A stretch of 64,000 nucleotides of DNA, from the NCBI GenBank assembly GCA_036490175.1, contig DASXEJ010000343.1, positions 18,365 through 82,364 of the forward strand, in the 5' to 3' direction. Shown here piece by piece: positions 1 to 7,300 of this stretch. This DNA comes from Pirellulales bacterium. GTDB lineage: Bacteria; Planctomycetota; Planctomycetia; Pirellulales; JACPPG01. The notes beneath the pieces are model-generated. The model saw only the letters and a list, made by a program, of their open reading frames with translations. It was not told the origin of the DNA and made no database searches. The position numbers and the translations under genes were made by a program. Numbering within the stretch: the first letter of the stretch is position 1; each line of letters starts with the position of its first letter.

Positions 1-927
1 GCGGAACAAGTCGTGATTTCCAATGGCGCAAAGCACTCGCTGCATAATGCGTTCACCACATTACTCAATCCGGGCGAGCAAGTGATCATTCCCGCGCCCT
101 ACTGGGTTAGCTATGCCGAACAGGTGAAGCTGGCAGGCGGCGTGCCCATGATTGTCGAAACGGCCGAGCAAGATGATTTCAAACTCAAGCCCGCGCAGCT
201 CGAGCGCGCTATAGCGCCGAAGTCCAAAATTCTGCTGTTGTGCTCGCCGTCGAATCCTACGGGAAGCATGTATTCGCGCGACGAGTTGGTCGCTTTGGCA
301 GACGTCGTGATCGAACGAGACCTGGGAGTGATTTCTGACGAAATCTATGAGCATCTGGTTTACGGCGACAATCGATTTGCCAGCTTTGCCACGATTCGGC
401 CCGGTTTGGCCGAACGAACCGTGTTGGTCAATGGTGTCAGCAAATCGTACGCCATGACGGGCTGGCGCATTGGCTGGACTTTATCACCCGTAAAGTTAGC
501 CAAGGCCATGGACAACTTGCAGAGCCAAGAGACATCAAATCCGTCGAGCATTAGCCAATACGCGGCGCTTGCGGCGCTCACCGGACCTCAACAGTGCGTC
601 GAACAGATGCTGGTGGAATTCGCCAAGCGGCGCGAGTTTGTGAAGGGTCGCATCACGCAATTGCCGAATTTGTCCAGCACGCAAATGAGCGGGGCATTTT
701 ACGCCTTCATCAACATCAGCGCGCATCTGAAACGCTCGTATAACGGCGTTCGCGTCGATAATTCGGCGCAGTGGTGCCTAGAGCTACTGTCGCAAAAAAG
801 TGTCGCCACGGTGATGGGCTCGGCCTTTGGTGCCGAGGGCTACGCGCGACTATCATTTGCCAACAGCATGCAGAATCTGGAAGCGGGCTTCGACGCGATC
901 GAGAGCTTCTTGAAGAGTCCGCAATAG
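1..927 (+). CDS. Fold-type I PLP-dependent aminotransferase (aspartate/aromatic aminotransferase-like), 5' end cut by window edge
   Basis: Frame is open from nt 1 (AEQVVISNGAKHSL...). Motifs SPSNPTG and SKSYAMTGWRIGW (PLP-lysine context) are typical of AspC-type enzymes. TAG stop at 925-927. Confidence 0.9.
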   Translation, partial: AEQVVISNGAKHSLHNAFTTLLNPGEQVIIPAPYWVSYAEQVKLAGGVPMIVETAEQDDFKLKPAQLERAIAPKSKILLLCSPSNPTGSMYSRDELVALADVVIERDLGVISDEIYEHLVYGDNRFASFATIRPGLAERTVLVNGVSKSYAMTGWRIGWTLSPVKLAKAMDNLQSQETSNPSSISQYAALAALTGPQQCVEQMLVEFAKRREFVKGRITQLPNLSSTQMSGAFYAFINISAHLKRSYNGVRVDNSAQWCLELLSQKSVATVMGSAFGAEGYARLSFANSMQNLEAGFDAIESFLKSPQ

Positions 928-978
928 TCGGAAATCTTGCCGTGCCTGGAGAATATCTCGCCGTACCGGCCGAGTCGC

Positions 979-1479
979 CTACATGTACCTCTCCAGCACG
1001 CGGCGGCTGGTCGAGTCGAGTTGCCGGGTGTCGGGCACCAGGTAGCGCATCCCAGACGAATCGATCAGGATCGCACCGTTCGGGCCGACGCGGCGTACGT
1101 CATCCTCGCTCTTCAGCAGGAATTGGGTCGGCCCTCGATCAGTTGTCACTTCCCATTGCGACGGATCGGTATTCGACGAGACGTTCACGATCCGCTGAAT
1201 CACCGGCATGAACTCGCGCCGGCCCAATTCGTCAACAAGCAGCTTTCGTGTCGCGGCTGGTACGGCATCCAAATCTTCGATCCACAGAACCTCGACGCCT
1301 TCGACATTGCAAAGCGAGAGCCAACGCTGGGGATCTGATAGCGGGAAGGAGCGAATGGGCTCGACGCCTACGTGCCGTCGCCCGCTGCCATCGGTAAGGA
1401 CCAGTCGGCCGAACGAATCGTATTGCAGAGAAAACGACGCTGCCGGTTCGCGGTGGTCCCCCTCCGTATCAGATGCCAT
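979..1479 (-). CDS. DUF1854-like protein (a family that travels with an ABC transporter and is labelled cyanophycin-metabolism-associated in automated annotation, as I recall)
   Basis: 166-aa ORF from ATG 1479 with AGGAGG (plus-strand CCTCCT 1489-1494) 9 nt upstream. Sequence ..SLQYDSFGRLVLTDGSGRRHVGVEPIRSFPLSDP..WLSLCNVEGVEVLWIEDLD.. matches my recollection of DUF1854. The track's TTG start at 1533 has no SD. Lies 57 nt downstream of the ABC gene stop on the same strand. Confidence 0.75.
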   Translation of the reverse strand: MASDTEGDHREPAASFSLQYDSFGRLVLTDGSGRRHVGVEPIRSFPLSDPQRWLSLCNVEGVEVLWIEDLDAVPAATRKLLVDELGRREFMPVIQRIVNVSSNTDPSQWEVTTDRGPTQFLLKSEDDVRRVGPNGAILIDSSGMRYLVPDTRQLDSTSRRVLERYM

Positions 1480-1536
1480 GGCGCGAGTGCCTCCTGCGAA
1501 AAGGAACCGTTTGCGGATCAGCAAAAGAGGCAAGCG

Positions 1537-3873
1537 TCACTCGGCAGCTTCCTGCGCCAGCGCCAATTGCGCACGGTGCAAGCGTGCGTACATGCCGGGA
1601 AGTTGCAGCAAGTCCTGATGCTGCCCGCTTTCCACGATCCGACCACGATCGAGCACGATCAGTCGATCGGCTCGGCGGAGCGTGCTGAGGCGATGGGCGA
1701 TCGCGATTGTCGTGCGCCCTTGGATGAGGTTGTCCAGCGCCTCTTGAATCTCGCGCTCGGTTTCGGTGTCGACCGAGCTGGTGGCCTCGTCCAGGATCAG
1801 GATACGCGGGTCGATCAACACGGCCCGGGCTATCGAGATCCGTTGCCGTTCGCCACCGGAGAGCGTTTGCCCACGCTCGCCGACCAGCGAATCATACCCG
1901 TCGGGCAGTCGCATGATGAAGTCGTGGGCTTTGGCGGCGCGTGCTGCGGCGACGATCTCCGCGCGGCTGGCGTCCGGTCTGCCGTAGGCGATATTTTCTG
2001 AAATCGTGCCATAAAACAGGAACGGGTCCTGCAGCACGACGCCAATATGGCGCCGATACTCAGACACGGAGAGCTGTCGCACATCTACGCCATCGATCAA
2101 CACCGACCCCTCGGTCACGTCGTAAAAGCGGCACACTAGGTTCACCAGAGTACTCTTGCCAGAGCCGCTGGGGCCAACCAGGCCGATCAGTTCGCCCGGT
2201 GCGATTTTGAGATCGACATTTTCGATAACCTGCCGATTTCCGTAGCGGAAACCGATACCGCGGAGTTCGATTTCCCCACGGATCCGACCAGGATTCACGG
2301 GATTGGCCGGTTCGGGCACGCTGGGGACGCGATCGAGCACTTCGAAGATTCGTTGCGAGCTGGCCGCGGCCCGTTGCGTCATCGAGAACATGCGGCTCAT
2401 CGACTCTAGCCTCGTGTAGAACCGCATGATGTATAGGTAAAAGGCGAAGAGATATTCCGGCTCGATCCGGAAATCAAAGACTCGCCAGGCCCCGAACGCC
2501 CAGACCACCATCAAGCCTGCCGTGTTCAAAAACAGCACCAGCGGCCAGAAGAAGGCCCATACCGTGTTGACGCGATTGTTGGCCTCGATCACACGATCGT
2601 TGGCGCGCTGGAAGCGACGGATCTCGCGCTGCTCTTGGGCGAACGCTTTCACGACCCGGATGCCGGGAATCGTATCGGCCAGGACATTGGTCATTTCCGA
2701 CCAGGCGCGGCCGCCGCGCTGAAAACCGTGCTGCAATTGTCCTCGCACGTGGTAAACCAGCCACGCCACCAAGGGCAACGGCAAGAGGGCAGCCAGAGCC
2801 AGCACCGGGTCCCAAGTGAAAAGAATGATTGATATACCGATAAACATCAGGATATCGCTGGCGAAATCGACGACGTTGTCCGCCAGAAAGTTGCATATCC
2901 TGTCAGTGTCGCTCGAAATGCGCGCAATGAGGTCGCCCGTACGCTTGCCGCCGAAAAACTCCAGCGACAGTTGATGCAGGTGCGCGTAGGTCTGACTGCG
3001 TAAATCGCCCGCGATGCGCTCGCTGACCCGCGCCATCACGATGCCCTGGGCCCAGCCGAACAGCCACGCTGCAATGGCCGCCGCGCCCATGCCCATCAGG
3101 CAATAGGAAACCAACCAGCCCAGGGGCGGGCCGTCGTGATCCTGCAGTGCGTCCAGGGCTTTCTCTCTCGCGGCAGGCGTGAGCCGTCGTTCTTCGGTAA
3201 TTTCCTCGTACTTCTCGTAATGCTGACGTAGTCCCGCCATGAGGGGAACTGTGAGGTAGTAGGGCACCAGCCCTACGGCCGTGGTTGCGACCGTGAGAAC
3301 AAAACCCAACAGAATCAAGCTGGAACGTTGCCGAGCGAATCGCGCCAAGCGGAACAGGGCGCGCGTGCTGACCGCTTCGGCGGCAGGCTGCGCAAACGTT
3401 TCCGCTTCTTCCTGCTCTTCCGAGTCGAGCGGCAACCCGCGCCGCACGGCATCGAAGCGGCGCACGAACTCGTGTGCGTCAACGGCGCGGCCGTTTGTAT
3501 ATCGCCAGTACCCCAGGCGGGCGTCGGTTCCCAATAGTTCGAGCATGCCCAGGCCGTTGCGCTCTTTCGCGCGCAGGTTCGCGACACTTGCTAGCGGCCA
3601 GGACTGCCACGTTGCGTTACCGCGATCTTTTTCCGCGGCCGTCACTTCCGCCGATAGCAATCGGCGGTCGGTGAGCAACACTAAACCGTCGGCATAGTCG
3701 AGCGCTGTGTCGAGATCCGGAGCAAACCAGGCGTGGATGACTTCGCCCGCATCCAAGTGCGCCAGAGCAACACGGCGCCACGCATCAGGAAGAGCCGGAA
3801 GAATGAAGGGTACGTCGTCCAAGTGAGGATAGCTCCAAGAAAGCGGGCGTGTGCGGTGCGCGGGGAGATACAA
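1537..3873 (-). CDS. ABC exporter, fused membrane domain + ATPase (MsbA/ABCB type) with a ~185-aa N-terminal PH-like soluble extension
   Basis: Walker A GPSGSGKST, signature LSGGERQRISIARA, Walker B ILILDEATS, H-loop IAHRL, preceded by a multi-helix exporter-type membrane domain. The N-terminal ~185 aa (..ADGLVLLTDRRLLSAEV..) resembles bacterial PH (YdbS/YdbT-like) domains. Start is uncertain: TTG 3873 has no SD, and an alternative TTG at 3822 follows a GGAG. Confidence 0.95.
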   Translation of the reverse strand: MYLPAHRTRPLSWSYPHLDDVPFILPALPDAWRRVALAHLDAGEVIHAWFAPDLDTALDYADGLVLLTDRRLLSAEVTAAEKDRGNATWQSWPLASVANLRAKERNGLGMLELLGTDARLGYWRYTNGRAVDAHEFVRRFDAVRRGLPLDSEEQEEAETFAQPAAEAVSTRALFRLARFARQRSSLILLGFVLTVATTAVGLVPYYLTVPLMAGLRQHYEKYEEITEERRLTPAAREKALDALQDHDGPPLGWLVSYCLMGMGAAAIAAWLFGWAQGIVMARVSERIAGDLRSQTYAHLHQLSLEFFGGKRTGDLIARISSDTDRICNFLADNVVDFASDILMFIGISIILFTWDPVLALAALLPLPLVAWLVYHVRGQLQHGFQRGGRAWSEMTNVLADTIPGIRVVKAFAQEQREIRRFQRANDRVIEANNRVNTVWAFFWPLVLFLNTAGLMVVWAFGAWRVFDFRIEPEYLFAFYLYIMRFYTRLESMSRMFSMTQRAAASSQRIFEVLDRVPSVPEPANPVNPGRIRGEIELRGIGFRYGNRQVIENVDLKIAPGELIGLVGPSGSGKSTLVNLVCRFYDVTEGSVLIDGVDVRQLSVSEYRRHIGVVLQDPFLFYGTISENIAYGRPDASRAEIVAAARAAKAHDFIMRLPDGYDSLVGERGQTLSGGERQRISIARAVLIDPRILILDEATSSVDTETEREIQEALDNLIQGRTTIAIAHRLSTLRRADRLIVLDRGRIVESGQHQDLLQLPGMYARLHRAQLALAQEAAE

Positions 3874-4126
3874 GCTCTGGCGGGGCGGCAGTCAATTGTA
3901 AACCCTAAAACCGCTCGGACAAATGCGTTCGCGAAAACCATTGCCCTTCCCGTAGTTCCGGTTTTTGGCGATTCTTCGGCCCTTGACCGCCTGTGGCCGG
4001 GTGCGTAAAGCTGAGCGGACGGGGAATGCGGGTGTCCGCTGCGGGGGTTGGGTTGCGCCGCTGACTATATGTGGCGCCGCAACGTCCGTCTGCATAACTA
4101 GTTGCACTCAGGGTTCTAGGTGGCTC

Positions 4127-6271
4127 ATGGAAATCCGTCGGATTCGGACGTTGCGAGGTTCCAACACCTGGGCTTGGTTTCCGGTGCTGGAAGCCTTGAT
4201 CGACCTGGGGGAATTAAAGGATTCGCCTTCCAATGAGTTGCCCGGCTTCAACGAACGAGTCATGTCCTGGCTCCCTACCATGATCGAGCACCGTTGCTCG
4301 ATCGGAGAACGAGGGGGCTTCTTCGAGCGCTTACGGCGCGGCACTTATCAGGGACATATTCTCGAGCACGTCACACTCGAGTTGCAGCAACTGTGTGGCT
4401 GCGACGTCGGCTTTGGCAAGGCGCGCGAGACCACCGAAGAGGGAGTCTACAAGGTGGTCATCGAATTCGAGGACGCCGTGTTGGGGCACGAATGTTTTGC
4501 GACGGCCATGCGATTGAACCAGGCCGCCGTTTACGATCGGCCTTTTGACATCAAGTCCGAAATCGCCCGCTTGCGCGAAATGGCCGACGATGTGTTGCTA
4601 GGACCGAGCACACGCGCGATCGTGGCGGCGGCCGAGACGCGCAACATTCCCATCCATCGGCTTACCACGGGCAGCCTCGTACAGTTGGGATGGGGCGCGA
4701 GGCAGCGGCGCATTCTTACAGCCGAAACAGATCGCACCAGCGCTATCGCGGAGTCGATTGCGCACGACAAAGAGCTGACGCGACAGTTGCTGCGCACCAT
4801 CGGCGTGCCAGTTCCTGAAGGACGCCCCGTCTCCGACGCAGCTGACGCCTGGGAGGCTGCGCAGGAAATCGGTTTGCCCGTCGTCGTTAAGCCGCGCGAC
4901 AGCAACCACGGCCGTGGCGTCTTCACCGGACTGACCTCGCGCGAGCAGGTGGCCGCCGCGTTCGCGTACGCCGATGGCGTTGGCAGTGGCGTGCTTGTCG
5001 AGCGGTTCGCGCCGGGACTCGAACACAGATTATTGGTTGTCAACGGCCAGGTGGTCGCGGCATCGCGTGGCGAGCCAGCGGTGATCGTGGGGGACGGCGC
5101 CCGCAATGTGGCGCAACTCATCGACGAACAGCTCAACTCGGATCCACGTCGCGGAGAGGACTGTTCGAGCCTGCTGTATACGATCGAGCTCGATCCCGTG
5201 ACGACCTTGGCGATCGAACAGCAGGGATTTCAACCGGATTCAGTGCCGGCGCCCGGCACGAGGATTCTGATCAAGCGGAATGGCAACGTTGATACTGATA
5301 TCACGGATCGCGTTCACCCTGACGTCGCGGCGCGGGCCATCGAGGCGGCGCGCGTCGTCGGCCTCGATATTGCAGGACTCGATATCGTCGCCGAGGACAT
5401 CGGCCGTCCGTTGGAGGACCAGGGGGGCGCCGTGGTGGAAGTCAACGCGGGCCCGGGCCTGCAAATGCACGTCCAACCATCGGCCGGCTCGCCGCGGCCG
5501 GTCGGCGAAGCGATCATCGCCACGATGTTTCCTGCCGGTGAGACAGGCCGCATTCCACTCGCGGCGGTGACGGGAAATGTCGCCAGGACAGCAACCGCCC
5601 GGCTGTTGGGTAATATTCTCGACCGGGGCCACGGCCCCGTGGGGATCGCCACGAGCGACGGCGTGTACCGTAACGGCGACCTGGTAAAGCGTGGCGACGC
5701 TAGTGGCTATGACGGCGCCCGGGCCGTGCTGCAACATCCGCTCGTCGAATGGGTCGTGTGCGAGGTCAGTGCTCAAAGCGTACGTGACGAGGGATTGGGC
5801 TTCGACTCCTGTGACGTGGCCGTGGTGACCGGCGTAGGGCAGGAGCATCGTGCGGATCTGGCGGACGCCGAAAAGGTCGAACAGGTTTCGGTGCTGAAAC
5901 GCTGCGTCGTGGAAGCAGTGGCTCGCGATCGCGGCTGGGCCGTGCTCAACGCGGAAGATGCGGCCGTTGTCGGCATGGCCGAGTATTGTCACGGTGCGGT
6001 GATCTTCTACGCGCGCGATCCGCGCAATCGAGTGGTCGTCGAGCACCGCGCCAAGGGAGGGCGGACGGCATCGGTCGTCGACAACAATTTGGCTTTGTTC
6101 GACGCGGACAAGCCACTCTGGGAAATCCCCGTTCCCGAGGCCGGCAAACTCGACGTTACCGTGCTGGATTACGCGCTGCCAGCCGCTGCCGCAGCCTGGG
6201 CGCTCGGCCTTTCGGCCGACGAAATCCGACGTGGCTTGGCACGGTTCGCTCCTCAAACGGTAGACGCCTGA
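4127..6271 (+). CDS. Cyanophycin synthetase-like ATP-grasp ligase with truncated, P-loop-degenerate Mur-ligase domain (CphA2-like architecture)
   Basis: ATG 4127 follows AGGTGG. The N domain (MEIRRIRTLRGSNTWAWFPVLEALIDL.., RGGFFERLRRGTYQGHILEHVTLELQ) is very CphA-like. ATP-grasp motifs are PVVVKPRDSNHGRGV, HRLLVVNG and VVEVNAGPG. The Mur-like part reads AVTGNVARTATARLL instead of a GTNGKT P-loop and ends before the Mur C-terminal domain. The track's upstream TTG (3965) extension looks non-coding. Confidence 0.9.
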   Translation: MEIRRIRTLRGSNTWAWFPVLEALIDLGELKDSPSNELPGFNERVMSWLPTMIEHRCSIGERGGFFERLRRGTYQGHILEHVTLELQQLCGCDVGFGKARETTEEGVYKVVIEFEDAVLGHECFATAMRLNQAAVYDRPFDIKSEIARLREMADDVLLGPSTRAIVAAAETRNIPIHRLTTGSLVQLGWGARQRRILTAETDRTSAIAESIAHDKELTRQLLRTIGVPVPEGRPVSDAADAWEAAQEIGLPVVVKPRDSNHGRGVFTGLTSREQVAAAFAYADGVGSGVLVERFAPGLEHRLLVVNGQVVAASRGEPAVIVGDGARNVAQLIDEQLNSDPRRGEDCSSLLYTIELDPVTTLAIEQQGFQPDSVPAPGTRILIKRNGNVDTDITDRVHPDVAARAIEAARVVGLDIAGLDIVAEDIGRPLEDQGGAVVEVNAGPGLQMHVQPSAGSPRPVGEAIIATMFPAGETGRIPLAAVTGNVARTATARLLGNILDRGHGPVGIATSDGVYRNGDLVKRGDASGYDGARAVLQHPLVEWVVCEVSAQSVRDEGLGFDSCDVAVVTGVGQEHRADLADAEKVEQVSVLKRCVVEAVARDRGWAVLNAEDAAVVGMAEYCHGAVIFYARDPRNRVVVEHRAKGGRTASVVDNNLALFDADKPLWEIPVPEAGKLDVTVLDYALPAAAAAWALGLSADEIRRGLARFAPQTVDA

Positions 6272-6523
6272 TATCCGTCACGCGCGTTCAAGTACACAGC
6301 AATCCCCCTGCTAGCTGTATCATCGGCGGGCCATTTGGGGATTAGCGCGCATCTGCACAGCTTACGGCGTTTGCCGAGAACTGGGCGAATTCTCACCAAT
6401 GCCAGTCGCGACCGCCGACTGCATGAATGACGCGATGCCCGGCATCGCTTGCTTGCGTCGCTGGCCAAGTCCCATTCTCCGGCACAGGGCGCACACTTTA
6501 ACGCTACGGAGTGGAGTATCGTC

Positions 6524-7282
6524 ATGCGGTTACTAACCTGGCCGGTTCTTGCTGCCGCGCTGGCCCTGATTCCTGCCGAGCGCACCGAAGCGCAGAGCGG
6601 CATACGCGTCGTGCGGGCGACAGGGACGTCGCGAACCTCGGACGCGGCGCAACGCGACAACGGACCCTCTCTGCGTCTGACCTCGCAGGTTACCAGCGAA
6701 GAGATCGTCACCGAAGAAGGCCAGGTCTCCGGCGAATACGCTGATGCTGGGTACGCTCCGGGTGAGGCTGCTACGGGCGTTTCGTGCGGGGCTGCCTTCG
6801 GTGGCCCCGGTGCCTCTGGTTATTTCCCCGACTTTGGCTACACAGCCGCCGGTGGTCGCATGTCGGTATGGCCGGGAGTGCCCGCCTGCTGCGACCCCTG
6901 GTTTGGCTATTGCGGCGAGCCGCGCTGCTTCAATGCCTGCGGTTGCCATCAAGGAACGTATCAGTACTTCCACTGCGCGTCGGGTGCTTGTTCACCGGAA
7001 TTGATTAAATGGAACAAAGGGGGTGCTTGCTGCAAGCCGTCGGCGATGTGCTACGGGGCGAAGGGATGCAGCACGGCAGCTACATGTGCCAAATGCCGGT
7101 CGGCGTCTTTCACGCCGGGGAGCAGCGGAGCAGGCACGGGTTGCTGCACGCAGGATACCGCGAATACAAGCGGTGCCGTCGTGAAGCCAACCCCCGTAGA
7201 CAAACCCAAGGCGCCCCGCAACGACCTGCCCACCACGTCTGCCGGACCATCGGCCCGCCGCGCCAACGCGCCCCGGACCTAG
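6524..7282 (+). CDS. Secreted cysteine-rich hypothetical protein
   Basis: ATG 6524 with GGAG about 11 nt upstream. Signal-peptide-like MRLLTWPVLAAALALIPAERTEAQ. About 17 Cys, 16 of them within ~95 residues (..ACCDPWFGYCGEPRCFNACGCHQGTYQYFHCASGACS..GACCKPSAMCYGAKGCSTAATCAKC..GCC..). Pro/Lys-rich tail. No family recognised. Confidence 0.6.
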   Translation: MRLLTWPVLAAALALIPAERTEAQSGIRVVRATGTSRTSDAAQRDNGPSLRLTSQVTSEEIVTEEGQVSGEYADAGYAPGEAATGVSCGAAFGGPGASGYFPDFGYTAAGGRMSVWPGVPACCDPWFGYCGEPRCFNACGCHQGTYQYFHCASGACSPELIKWNKGGACCKPSAMCYGAKGCSTAATCAKCRSASFTPGSSGAGTGCCTQDTANTSGAVVKPTPVDKPKAPRNDLPTTSAGPSARRANAPRT

Positions 7283-7300
7283 CTGCGTCTCCGGCTCGAA

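Noticed and set aside
3965-4126. TTG-initiated 54-residue N-terminal extension of the cphA-like ORF given in the track
   Set aside because: The extension (MAILRPLTACGRVRKAERTG..) is not CphA-like. MEIRRIRTLRG.. at ATG 4127 matches the conserved CphA N-terminus and has an AGGTGG SD.
5240-6256. 338-aa ORF antisense to the cphA-like gene
   Set aside because: The sense frame has unmistakable CphA/ATP-grasp motifs. The antisense product is Arg/Gly/Asp/His-rich with no recognisable features.
4127-6523. The possibility that the short cphA-like gene is a pseudogene truncated by a recent nonsense or frameshift mutation
   Set aside because: Only 252 nt separate its stop from the next gene, and no frame there continues a Mur-ligase C-terminal domain. 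The P-loop is also degenerate, which points to an evolved architecture rather than fresh damage. This cannot be fully excluded without orthologues.
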